A DNA stretch of 63,770 bases, filler included, from Octopus bimaculoides (lineage: Eukaryota): the NCBI RefSeq assembly GCF_001194135.2. It is 7 parts of 7 records of this genome, joined end to end, with 100 filler letters (N's around TTAATTAATTAA, not from the genome) between each part and the next. Parts side by side here need not be neighbours in the genome. Positions count along the whole stretch, not along the records: positions 1 to 30,669 come from NC_068988.1; 6 more parts are not named here. One strand, 5' to 3'. Under the pieces are notes generated by a model. It was not told where the DNA came from. It saw only the letters and a program-made list of their open reading frames with translations, and searched no databases. Every line of letters begins with the position of its first letter. Positions within the stretch are counted from its first letter, which is position 1. Of the stretch, positions 1 to 11,535 are shown piece after piece. A program made the translations under genes and the position numbers.

Positions 1-216
1 TATATCGATTGGGACAGTCATATCAATGAGGAGGCATGATTTTTGTCTGAAGTCTTTCAGTATGATGTCTGGCCTATTTGCGTCTATCTTTCTGTCAGTT
101 TGAATGGTGAAGTTCCAGAGGAGTGCAATGTGATCATTTTCAAGTACTGGGGGTGGTTTGTGTTCCCACCAGTTTTTATCATGGGGCAAGTCCAGGTTTT
201 TGCATATTACCCAGAG
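1..216 (-). mobile_element. R4/Dong-clade non-LTR retrotransposon fragment (restriction-like endonuclease domain)
   Basis: Minus-strand translation WVICKNLDLPHDKNWWEHKPPPVLENDHIALLWNFTIQTDRKIDANRPDIILKDFRQKSCLLIDMTVPID carries the RLE motif (W-x-F-x-IQTD...RPD...LID). Its 5'-truncated end abuts an (ATT)n array. Confidence 0.85.
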
Positions 217-220
217 AATA

Positions 221-298
<78 letters not shown>
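221..298. repeat. (ATT)n microsatellite
   Basis: Perfect trinucleotide run read directly. Confidence 0.97.
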
Positions 299-299
299 C

Positions 300-1280
300 A
301 GCTGCATCATTTATGGTTTCCTTTCATTATAAGTTTATTTAAGCTGCCTTAGTACCGGACATCCTCGGAGGCTAAGAGTAGCAAAGGCGCTTTTGTATTG
401 CTGTGCATGCTAAAATTATGACCACATTTATTCCATTTTAGATGGAGAGTGCTTTCCGTAGTTATGACTTTTAGTTCACGGAGATTGGTGATACAAGAGT
501 GTTCCTTAATATACTTTTCAGCTCCCGTCTGTATCATTCCCACCGCACCAATTACTACTGGTATTATCGTAGTACTAGGCTTCCATATTTTTGTGCTTTC
601 AATTTTCAGATCTTTATAGTGAGAAAGGTTTTCGTATTCCTTTCTTCAGACGTTTTGATATTTTGGGACAAACATATCTATTAACAGACAAGTTTCACTA
701 TTGTAGTCCTTGATCCCAATATCTGGTCGATTGGAATCAATTTTCTGTGTGTTTGTATTGGATAGTTCCCAAAGGATGGTGACACCCTCGCCATTTACTA
801 CATCCTCTAGATGATGCCTGTATCACTTATGGGATTTAATCTGCCATGTCTCTTCTCGTGAGATACTCCTTTTCAGCTAGGACTGGGCAGCCAGAAACAA
901 CATGATCAATTGTCTCGCGCAATATTCATCTTTAAGGACATCTGCATGGTAGTTTCTGGTGGGTATGTTTTGATCTTTCGCTGGAATTACAAAACCTGCT
1001 GTGTCCACTTTGAAACCAGTACCTTGTAGCCATTCGTGTATTAGATGTTGATCAATATCTGGCTTGGACAAGCGGTTAGGGTATTTTTCGTGCTGGTCTT
1101 TACCTTTCCAGTTGTTTTATTCATGCAAGCCTTCTTTGCTTTTTCTTTGATGTTGTTTTGCATCAGATATAGGTTTGTCACTATTTGGATCTCTTTGGTC
1201 TTTCTAATTGTTAATTTCCAAATCAAGAGAAGCAATGGTTGGTCTGTCAGTATTTGGTTTTCTTTGGTCATTCTTATTTT
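300..1280 (-). mobile_element. Degenerate R4/Dong-clade retrotransposon 3' part (CCHC region, RLE domain, 3' UTR)
   Basis: Minus-strand pieces: HEWLQGTGFKVDTAGFVIPAKDQNIPTRNY; ETIDHVVSGCPVL; NRPDIGIKDYNSETCLLIDMFVP; IIPVVIGAVGMIQTG. Stops and frameshifts are present. The 3' end abuts (TAA)n. Confidence 0.85.
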
Positions 1281-1284
1281 TAAA

Positions 1285-1550
1285 TTGTAGGCCAAGAGTA
1301 GTTTGTTCTGAGAGCTCGTTCTTGTGTGCTGCACACGCACGTCTCAGTGGGCCATTTTACGTCTCCTTTCTGAAACCATTGCCAGATTCTGTTCTAATTA
1401 ATCTCTTTCTTATTCTTCAAGAACTGACAGTGCAATTTCTTGTCCAGCCAAATTTTCTTCATCGGCTCTCTCTCATCTTTCTTAAAGTGTATTGTATCTA
1501 CGGTTTCGTTTACTCCCCTTCACATACCAAGCCAGCGCATTCTCCTCTTA
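1285..1550 (-). mobile_element. Third R4/Dong-like fragment (region between RT and CCHC)
   Basis: Minus-strand peptide WLDKKLHCQFL...WQWFQKGDVKWPTETCVCAAQERALRTNY matches the LHGQF / ETE-x2-I-x-AAQEQALRTNY pattern. Confidence 0.7.
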
Positions 1551-1556
1551 TTATTC

Positions 1557-1564
1557 TCCTATTA

Positions 1565-1611
<47 letters not shown>

Positions 1612-1701
1612 GTTGTTGTTGTTGTTGCTGTTGTTGTTACTAAAATAACTATTACTGCTGCAGCAGCTGTTGTTAATACTACTACTGCTGTTACTACTAC
1701 C

Positions 1702-1780
<79 letters not shown>

Positions 1781-1782
1781 GA
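1557..1782. repeat. Compound trinucleotide array (ATT)n-(GTT)n-(GCT)n-(ACT)n
   Basis: Read directly; it explains the poly-L/S/T/V ORFs at 1492-1897. Confidence 0.95.
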
Positions 1783-2279
1783 AGTAATACTATGTTTACA
1801 CACCATTTCGCAACGAAGTTTTCATGATAATTCTGTTTCTTATAATGCATATATTTATTTTACCTTTTTGACTTTTCCATCCTCAAAAGTATGCTAATTC
1901 CATCCATTTTCTAATATTCCGTCGGAATGTAATCTTGAATCGACAGGCACGCATCTTCTCACATGAGTGATTTTATTTGACTTCATGCAAAGTTTGTTTA
2001 ATCTTTAATACAGTAACATTTTACGCAGCAGATGTTCAGTGTAACATGATTTAAATCAACATCAATTTCAAGCATTCCAATATGCATTACACTAATTCGC
2101 ACTCTCAAACAATAAATAAAGGAACGAAAATAAAACGTTGGAAATAATATAGGTCATGGAGAATTAATAAATATATTAAGAAAAGTAAACATTTATCCAT
2201 ATATGATTCCAGAACGGGGGAAATCATTTTAGACAACACAAATTGAATTTAAGCTGATAAAGTGCAATACAACGGGTTA

Positions 2280-2317
<38 letters not shown>

Positions 2318-4904
2318 GCGCACTGCACACATACACATGCACATGTATCTAAAAGCGAAACTGAAATAATGATGTTGAATAAAGCTGAAATGAAACGCTT
2401 TATCCAAAATAAATTGAGCCGATTAGCGACGGGCAAACATTAGCATTCAGTGCATATGATTATATTTTGAATAATGCGATGGCAATGATTTTATGTGATG
2501 GCAATTTTATAAATAGAATTCTAAGTGAAAATCCTCAACATTGATGAAGATGAGGATGGTAAAAAATGTTCTAAATATTTCAGTTTCAAGAATATTTGGC
2601 CATAACTTGAAAATATACTGTGAAATGTAAAATTTTTTAACAGATTAAATGTAGTTGCTTCATGTGTATACAGTTTTATTTTCAGTTTTACTCATGTGTT
2701 ATTTATTTATTCATATATTTATGTATTTATGCGTATTCTAATTAATATGGATATATGTATACAGCTATGCGTGCCAGTCTCTATTCAGGGACACATGCAA
2801 AATACTAAGTGACTTATTTATCCTTGCGTTGAATATAATTGAATTGAACTGGAGAAGAAAACTGAAAGAAACGTTCTAGTTTAACTGCATCAATTATCGG
2901 TATCTCGGTACATGCTATAGAGGGCTACAAATTATGAACTGAAAAAAACACGCAATCTTGTAAATGACAAAGTAGGAGAATAATTGAATAGGAATTTGAA
3001 AATAAATAAAAACTGTAATATTCCTTAAATGGATGAAACATATATATCGAGATATTATAAATAAAAATAAATCACATGCTAAAATCTGAGTGCAGCATGA
3101 TAAAAACGTTTAACAATTTAAGCAAAACCAATTTACGACCTGATGCTAACTTAGTGTATTGCACCTATTTTTCTATAAAGTGGGAACTCTGTTTATTAAT
3201 TATTCTGCAACTATGTTTTTTTGAAATTCATATACTATGATCTTCATCTGTCTAACATTTAACAAAACCTTAATTACTGTCATTTAATGCTGAATATTTC
3301 TCCAAAATATAAGTATACAATTGCAAGTACAGCTTTACACGTACTTGCTTACATAAAAATTCAAACATGCAAATAAGGAAGTTTACACTTGGTATTATAA
3401 TTACAAATATAGGAAATGACAGATTAATAGAAATTTTGATCATTTGTATGCTGCATGAGATCTGAATTGGGGATCATCCGACGAAAATTTAACATATAAA
3501 TTGCCCTGTAGGATTCTTTGCTAGTTGCCATCTTGATACTTCAATTGCCATCTGAATAACTCAAAGAATTTCTCACCTTCGGTCACCATCAACATTTCAG
3601 CGCTGCGCAAGGGTATTTCACCCAAGTACGTAGGTTTTATAGGTTTGGTACCTCCCCCTCACCACCGCTCCGATATTTCCCTATCAAACATGTGGGACTG
3701 GATCGAGAGCTTTAATCGTTATATTTCCACACAGTTCTTTAATTTTTATATTATATAAGGATTTCGTATTTGATTTACGTGAGTTAATTCGTTAATAGTT
3801 TCTTCAAAGTATGTTGCCTTTGTAAATATAAATGCTCTCATATTACGATCTAGACTTAGCAAGTGGATCCTTATTTGAAACTTAGGATAATGTGTCATTA
3901 AATATGTCTAATTTTCTTTCAAAATGCTTCAAAGTGCCTTCAAGTCATTTGAATTACTTTTTCATTCAGTTCATTGATGCATACATTTTGAATTTTATAA
4001 ATATTATTTGCATCCATTAAAATCAGCCCACACACTCTATCTATTCTATTTCTATCTATTTTATTTCTATTCTATCTATTCTATCTGTTTTATTTCTACG
4101 ATGCAGCATAGCTAAATGATGCCTTATTTTCATTTTAGCCATAATTACTGTTTTTCTCTCTCATGTAAATATTACTTGTACTATCTCGTTAATGATATCT
4201 TTTAAAATTATGTCTCGTATTGCACTCAATTATTTTTATCACAATCTATTTATCTTTCTAAATTGCTGTTTTTCATTATTTCCATCCATACTCATTAACC
4301 CGCCTTATATGTTAAGTATATTTTCCTCTTACTGAGTTGTTATTGAAAAGTGTAATCAATTTTCAAATACTCACACAAGAATCGCAGTTTAAGAATTTCA
4401 GAGACAACTAGTCCAAGATTTGTATCGTCTTTCAAACCTAAAAATAAAAGGGATTTGGTAGCGACGTCCTTAGAAGATATTCTTCCGAAACGCTTACCTT
4501 GCCTTTGTATAATTTTAGTGGAAATCTTTCTACTGCAAGGTATGCGACTGAGTACAATATTTCATATTACAAACTAGTGCGTTCAACTGAACAAATATAG
4601 TTCTCTAACCATATTTGTTAGATGGTACACATAGAAACATGTCGGGAAACAAAATCAGCATGCAGATGTAACAGGTGTTAAAATTTTGATTGGCGACTTG
4701 CCGGTTTCCGGTAACAGATTTTTCTTAATAAAATGGCAACGTTGCCCTTTCTTATCAAGTTTAACAGAAAAAGGAAGAACTGGCATTCTTTCGCTTTCGA
4801 CGACGAGTAATTTAATTGATATGAAATTAACGTGCAAGCGCGTGAATGGTTTACGGACGCGCGTAACCCTCACATATTTATAATGGAGATTTAGCATGAT
4901 GCAA

Positions 4905-5080
4905 AATATGACACGGCTGGCCCTTTAAAATACAAGTACGATACATTTCTGTCAGCTGAATGAACTGGAAGAATATGACCTGAAGCGTCTTGCTGGAGAT
5001 ACAATCCACCATCAGGAATCGAACTCATGAACTTACGATTGTGAGAAGAATTCTCTAACCAGTAAGCCACGTGCCTTCAC
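4905..5080 (-). mobile_element. tRNA-derived SINE (GTGAAGGCRYGTGGC-head family), partial
   Basis: The reverse complement begins gtgaaggcacgtggcttactggttagag...gagttcgattcc (A and B boxes) and is homologous to 5735-6070 and 51730-52001. Confidence 0.7.
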
Positions 5081-5236
5081 TAGGCATCAAGTATGGCATT
5101 TTAGATGCCCGAAGCCAACGACAAATATTGAGCTGGTCTACGGAGTTCATAATCTGATTGTCTGGCTGCCTCTTTATTTACATCAGACAAACGGTGTCTC
5201 GCAACTCAAGCTTATAAATGTGTAAGCTAAGCAATT

Positions 5237-5268
<32 letters not shown>

Positions 5269-5330
5269 GATCTATCTATCTATCTATATATCTATCTATC
5301 TATCTATCTATATCTGTCTGTCTGCCTGTC
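5237..5330. repeat. (ATCT)n/(GTCT)n tetranucleotide array
   Basis: Read directly. Confidence 0.9.
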
Positions 5331-5734
5331 TCTCTGTCAACAGAGATGCGTGGCTTAATGATTAGAATGTTTGACTCGTTATAGTAAGATTGTGGTTTCG
5401 ATATTTGGACCGGGTGGAGGACAAAAATATGAGTATTACTACAATGGTTGGTGCCCCGTCCGGGGGCTGTATATGCGCAACGGAAACCGAGAAGTATCTA
5501 TCTATGTATCTCTGTATCAATTCTATCTGGCTATCTACCCACCTGTATACCTCTCTATCTTTGGCGATGCCTTGCTTTGGATCCATTCACAATTTTTTTT
5601 CAATGAAGGACACTTCGATTGATTTATGTCCGGCAGCGCTATGTCAGCCGGCATTAACATAACCCTTCGTACTCACAATTTCATTAAGTCTTTTGTACTG
5701 GTGTGTTTGCTACGTAGCACTATTTCTATTTTTG

Positions 5735-6070
5735 TGAAGGTGTGTGGCTTAGTGTTTAGGGTATTCAGTTCACGATCCAAGGTCGTGAATTCAATTGCCG
5801 GTGACGCATTCTGTCCTTCAGCAAGACATTTTATTTTACGTTCCTCCACTCCACTCCACTCCACTCAGCTAGCAAAATTGAGTAGTACCTATATTTCAAA
5901 GAGCCAACCTTGTCACACTCCGTGTCATGCTAGATTTCCCTGAGAACTACTTTAAGGGAACACGTGTCTGTGGAGTGCTCAGCCATGTGCACATTAATTT
6001 CACTTGTAGGCTGTACCGTTGATCAGATAAACTTGAACGAACCCTCGTCGTAGTAAACGAAGGAGTACCA
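5735..6070 (+). mobile_element. tRNA-derived SINE (GTGAAGG-head family), near full length
   Basis: A-box-like gtggcttagtg and B-box-like gaattcaattg, internal (CTCCA)n, body shared with other copies in the window, tail ending cgaaggagtacca. Confidence 0.8.
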
Positions 6071-8783
6071 GATATTTATATCTGTATACTGAAAGCAAAT
6101 TATTAGCAATAAGAATGCTGAAATTGTTAAAAACTGCAAGCAAATCTCTTTCAAACCCGTCTCCACTGTCTCAGGTTACACTGCATTAACTAATATAAAG
6201 TTAGGGACACCGAGGAAAATAATCGCAACTGTGATATTTTGATTGGACATCTGCTCGACTATTTTTCGCCTTGGGTTAAATATTGTCATTTCGGCATCTA
6301 ATCATCGGCTTATATCGCGCGATAAGTAGAGTCCTCATAGCATTGGGCAACAACATCTTAGTATTTGATTCTCATTTTTCTTTGCTCACTTCAGGTCCAA
6401 CGAAAAATGTCTGCTTTTTGTTTATACTCTATTGATAAGATAATAATCAATTCTAGTATAGCTTTCCAATCCTATCTTCCTCCTTTTCCATTAATCTGCT
6501 TATCTCTGCCAGGTTATTGTTATTCAAGAATGCTAGCTCGTAATAGCTATGATCAAGAATTATGGTTCAGCTAATGACTAGCAAGTATTTCTCTTGATAA
6601 AAAAAAAAAAAAACGTCGTCACAAAGCGTCGGAATGAATCATCCATTGTTTGCATCCCAGATTCATACAGAATGGAGGTTGTGTGAATGTTATATAGCGT
6701 AAAACTGTACATACAAAAGACTAAGTTGAAAGCTTACGTGTATAGATGTTCAAACGAGATAACTACATATTAAACACTTTGATCACCTCTTACTAATGTA
6801 CAATTTCGTACATTTCCTTCAAATGCTAATTCTTCTCAATGACAAATGTAAGCCATTCCATTCTCAAAATAGTTTAGTTTTATCACAATCTTACTGTATA
6901 TATATAGTATAACGTTTGTAACCGTTAAACTTAATTGAAAAAAGCAAGCATTTTACATATACTTTTTCTTTGTAAAACTGATTTAGAAAACGAAAAGCAA
7001 AATGAGAAATCACGTAGTTTTATCAATAAAATTGTATATTCCGTTTGCATTAAAACTCTGAACATTGCTTGAAGCAAGAGGAGTAAATGACAAGTGTACG
7101 TTGAGTTTACAGGAGACATATACAAAATAAGAAATATTGTAATAGCTTTTAGCTATGCAAAACAAATATAGATGTGTACTTTACTCTGAAAGAGATTTTG
7201 ATGGCATTTTGATAGAAAATACCATACAAATGCCTCCATGGAAAAAATTATTAGTTTAACATCAGACTCCATTTATAGTAAATGTAGATTTACTAGTAAC
7301 AATAGAAAGTAATCAGAATTTACGATAAGAAAATGGCTAAACATCTTTCTATTCTACTGCAATCCTCTTGTATTATTTCCAATATCAACAGAAATGATTA
7401 TCAATATATTCGTTCAGCACAAATGTTGATATGTTCCTTGGGTTACGTTTTTCAATTTTGGAAGTCATTGTGATGAGTTTGGTTTGTGTAATTATACTTC
7501 TAAAAGTTTTTTCACGAGGATTGGTTTGTTATTGTGTCCCGCGGTTAGATGTCTGACAATGTTTTAGATTAATATCTTTAGATTAATTACTGGAATGAAC
7601 CTTTAATTTTATGTGATGTCTTCAAAACAAATTCCAAGAATAGATTGGATTACTTTTACATAGAGTAAAATTGAATTTTAGACGTATCTTTGTCGCATGT
7701 TGTTCAATTTTTATAAATATATGTCATTAGCGTATATAGAAAACAAGAAATATATGTTTATTCTGGACGCTAAGGCAACAGTAACTTAAATATATCTTCT
7801 TCGTAGATAAAAGCTATTGATCAATATCTATAAAATGTTTACTACAATATGATAACACAATATAGATAATTAACCGAGCTAAGCCTATCTATACTACTTA
7901 CATAATTTACTGGACGAGGATCAGATATCCAGAGGAAATGTGTATTTAATGTATTTGTGTTTACAGTGTATGTATGTAACCAATGGTGTAGCCATACTTG
8001 CGCTAACATGTGTTCTGAAAGAAGTTTTCTCTGCTCCACAGAGAACATCAGAAAATATAGGATATATCGTATGCAATTCGTTTATGAGTAAATTGTAATT
8101 TCTTCAAGACGCTCAGATTTCATTTTTATATACCTATTATTGAGAAGTAGGTTTATTAGCATGTATGATAAATATGTTTTTGATGAAAGTAAGATGAAAT
8201 TGACAACTGAAATTAGAATGTTAATCTCTCATTATTGGCAGTGGGAATTAAATGGAACGTCAAAGAAGTTATAAAGAATTTATATTTTTTATGCATATAT
8301 GGAAGTATACAATGTATGTATGCTGTATTTATGTGTGTAGGTGTTTTCATCTCACTTTTATGGTCAGATAAGTGATTTAACTTTGTAAAAGTACTACAAA
8401 TGATAGATATGTGCGTATCAAGAACTTTGAAAGCAGCTGGTATTTAGCGAAACTAGGTTTTAAAAAATGAAGAAATGTAAACACAAGACATTTATAAAAT
8501 ATACGCATTTCAAATAATTTAATTTGTAGAAACAAAAATTAATTAATCAATAGTAAATGTACGACTACAGTACTATTGGACATAGGAATAAAATTATGTG
8601 ATAAAAATGAAAAGCCTTATTGAAACGTAAGAATTCATATCGGGGAGGGGAATAGTGTTATCTGAAATGAAGTTAAAATAAAAAAAAATACTTGCATCAA
8701 CTACGCATATTTTCCCTGGACATGAAATCATGTTCCGAAGACAATTATTTTCTAATAAAATATTGCACGATTAATGCGAGCTC

Positions 8784-8994
8784 CTTACTCTTTTACTTGT
8801 TTCAATCATTTGACTGTGGCAATGTTGGACCACCACCTTTAGTCAAGCAAATCGACCCCAGGACTTATTCTTTGTAAGCCTAGTACTTATTCTCTCGGTC
8901 TATTTTGACGAACCGCTAAGTTACGGGGACGTAAACACACCACCATCGGTTGTCAAGCGATGTTGGGGGGACAAACGCAGACATACAAACATAT

Positions 8995-9029
<35 letters not shown>
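8784..9029 (-). mobile_element. Abundant tRNA-head SINE, 3' half (5' half lost in gap)
   Basis: Reverse complement of 57240-57440 (acttagcagttcggc...ggggtcgatttgctcgactaaa...aagtaaaaga); runs into (TA)n and an N gap. Confidence 0.85.
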
Positions 9030-9513
9030 NNNNNNNNNNNNNNNNNNNNNNNNNNNNNNNNNNNNNNNNNNNNNNNNNNNNNNNNNNNNNNNNNNNNNNN
9101 NNNNNNNNNNNNNNNNNNNNNNNNNNNNNNNNNNNNNNNNNNNNNNNNNNNNNNNNNNNNNNNNNNNNNNNNNNNNNNNNNNNNNNNNNNNNNNNNNNNN
9201 NNNNNNNNNNNNNNNNNNNNNNNNNNNNNNNNNNNNNNNNNNNNNNNNNNNNNNNNNNNNNNNNNNNNNNNNNNNNNNNNNNNNNNNNNNNNNNNNNNNN
9301 NNNNNNNNNNNNNNNNNNNNNNNNNNNNNNNNNNNNNNNNNNNNNNNNNNNNNNNNNNNNNNNNNNNNNNNNNNNNNNNNNNNNNNNNNNNNNNNNNNNN
9401 NNNNNNNNNNNNNNNNNNNNNNNNNNNNNNNNNNNNNNNNNNNNNNNNNNNNNNNNNNNNNNNNNNNNNNNNNNNNNNNNNNNNNNNNNNNNNNNNNNNN
9501 NNNNNNNNNNNNN

Positions 9514-9840
9514 NGTGACAACTAGCTGGGGCTGCCTGCTGGAGCCTAGCAGCAGATATAAAAAGGGGAACTTGACACGACGATCAGTCGGGCGCTGACA
9601 CTCGTTGATGCTGCATCGAAGATGCCAGGGAATAGAAGAAAGAAGACATGCACCCAACACCAGAGCTGAAGACACCTCCGAAAGGAGGGGCCCCGCCACG
9701 TCAAAACGGTAGAGGAGTAGGGGCCGAAACCGGACGTGGTTCCTCCTGATGATGTCTTCAGCTAACTGGATCCTATAAAGGAGCTGTTGTGGTAGCAGAC
9801 CACGAAACATGGTTGAAATTCCTCAGATAATATCAATAAA
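9514..9840 (+). mobile_element. Unclassified GC-rich terminal-repeat-like fragment (Penelope pseudo-LTR or LTR)
   Basis: TATAAAAA near 9555, CTGAAGA/CTGATGA...CGAAAC motif pairs and AATAAA near 9835. It is GC- and CpG-rich relative to its flanks and starts at a gap edge. Confidence 0.4.
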
Positions 9841-10289
9841 TATCGGCGTTTCGAACAAATATATCAACGTTCCAAACTTATCAGTCCATCATTGTCCAAG
9901 GAACGCGCATTACGCGTGCAATATTTTGAAATGCGTATATTTTGTGTTCATGTTTGTTTGTGTGTGTGTGTCTCTATGCGTGTTTATGTGTATTTGTGTG
10001 TGTACATATTTGAGTTTGTGTATGGGTTGGTGTGAATAGGTATGTGCGTCTGTTATGTATGAATGTGCGAAGTGAGCGTGTGTGTATATGGTAATTTGTT
10101 TCACTCTTCATTTGTATGTATGTATGTATGTATGTATGTATGTATGTGTGTGTGTGTTTGTGTGTATGCTCGTCTGTCCGTATTACCTATGTACCTATCT
10201 ATCTGTATATTTACCTGTCCACATACGTATCCCACTGCTGCTTACGCTGCTGCTGCTAATGATGATGAGGAGGAGGATAAAATCATCCT

Positions 10290-10665
10290 ACCATGCCCGT
10301 TTGATTAAAGGATCGTAAAGAAAGAGGAAGAAAAACAAAAAAAACGATACAATCCCTTAAAGACTGAAATGGGAAGAATTTGGAGCGTGCAAACAGTAAA
10401 GGTTATGGCTACAATAATCGGTGCATTGGGAGCAGTATACAAAGATATAGACAAATGGCTGGAGGAGATAGAACTAGAATGCTCGGTAGAGCGCCTACAA
10501 AAGTCTTCCGTCTTATGGATAGCAAGGATTATAATGAAGGTTTTGAGCACTTGAAAAATTGTTGAAAACCTGTGGATACCTCAGATTATAGGTAGTAACG
10601 CACTATCCACATAATTACTACCAATAATAAGACCGAACCTAAGCCAGACCAAAATAGTTATAGTA
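10290..10665 (+). mobile_element. R4/Dong-clade retrotransposon 3' end (RLE C-terminus and 3' UTR)
   Basis: CPFD...YNPLKTEMGRIWSVQTVKVMATIIGALGAVYKDIDKWLEEI...LQKSSVLWIARIIMKVL has the IIGALG motif and is followed by (AAT)n. Confidence 0.8.
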
Positions 10666-10669
10666 ATAA

Positions 10670-10699
10670 CAACAACAACAACAATAATATTAATAATAA

Positions 10700-10730
<31 letters not shown>

Positions 10731-10742
10731 AGTAGTAATAAA

Positions 10743-10798
<56 letters not shown>
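10670..10798. repeat. (AAC)n/(AAT)n array
   Basis: Read directly. Confidence 0.95.
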
Positions 10799-10799
10799 G

Positions 10800-11200
10800 G
10801 CATTTTTTTCCTTTATGCCTTATGCCTTCTAATTGATGTTTCAATACCAGCAGATGACAACGTTTCTCTAAAAGAAATGGAAAAACTTTCAAAATACAAA
10901 GACCTGGAAATAGAGATAACTCGAATGTGGAATCTAAAAACAGAAACAATTCCTATCATAGTAGGTGCCTTAGGTATAATAAAAAAATATTCAGACAAAT
11001 ACATAACAAAAACACCAGGACTTACAAATATATATAACATACAGAAAATTGCACTACTGGGTACTGCACACATTCTACGCAAAACACTTTCAATACAGTA
11101 AACATAAGAGCACCACAGCAAACCACAGCACATACCCAAGGCGCATAGAGCTGCGCTCGGTAGTGAAGTGAAAGCACGTTATAAAAATAAAACTACTGAA
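10800..11200 (+). mobile_element. R4/Dong-clade retrotransposon 3' end, well preserved
   Basis: LLIDVSIPADDNVSLKEMEKLSKYKDLEIEITRMWNLKTETIPIIVGALGIIKK...LQ-like KIALLGTAHILRKTL*, then a 3' UTR. Flanked by (AAT)n on both sides. Confidence 0.92.
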
Positions 11201-11220
11201 TAATAATAATAATAATAATA

Positions 11221-11535
11221 ATGTACGCCGCTAGCCCAGAAAGAATATAAGAGGCGTCATGACAGTATAGCAGGGATTATCCATTGGACATTTTGCAACA
11301 AGTATGGACTTGACACATCAAAAAAAGTAGTACGAATATAAACCCGAAGCATCATCGAATATGATAATGCAAAGATACTATGGGATTTTATGATTCAGTG
11401 CGACCATGTGATAGATAATAGTAAACCAGAGATATTGCTAACGAGAAAGAAAGCAAACGATGCTGAATCATCGATATAGCATGCCCAGCTGAGAACAAGG
11501 TATACGATAAGGAAGAAAGAAAAGTTGATAATCCA
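11221..11535 (+). mobile_element. R4/Dong-clade fragment (post-CCHC to RLE)
   Basis: PLAQKEYKRRHDSIAGIIHWTFCNKYGL...AKILWDFMIQCDHVIDNSKPEI...IIDIACPAENKV starts immediately after (AAT)n at 11200-11220. Confidence 0.85.

Noticed and set aside
1870-1910. Peptide MDGISIL encoded on the minus strand both here and near 12580-12600, with synonymous differences
   Set aside because: Both copies are preceded by in-frame stops and the flanks do not align. A 7-aa match is expected by chance in six frames of 64 kb.
6395-6574. Plus-strand exon after a strong acceptor at 6394
   Set aside because: There is no convincing donor or recognisable peptide, and isolated acceptor-like sites are common in T-rich DNA.
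9689-9739. HDV-like ribozyme
   Set aside because: Crossing helices exist, but P3/L3, P1.1 and the J4/2 catalytic C cannot be placed on either strand.
8916-9810. Longest ORFs in the track (191-285 aa), plus similar ones at 17429, 31045, 58494 and 60961
   Set aside because: They are open only because they run through N gaps.
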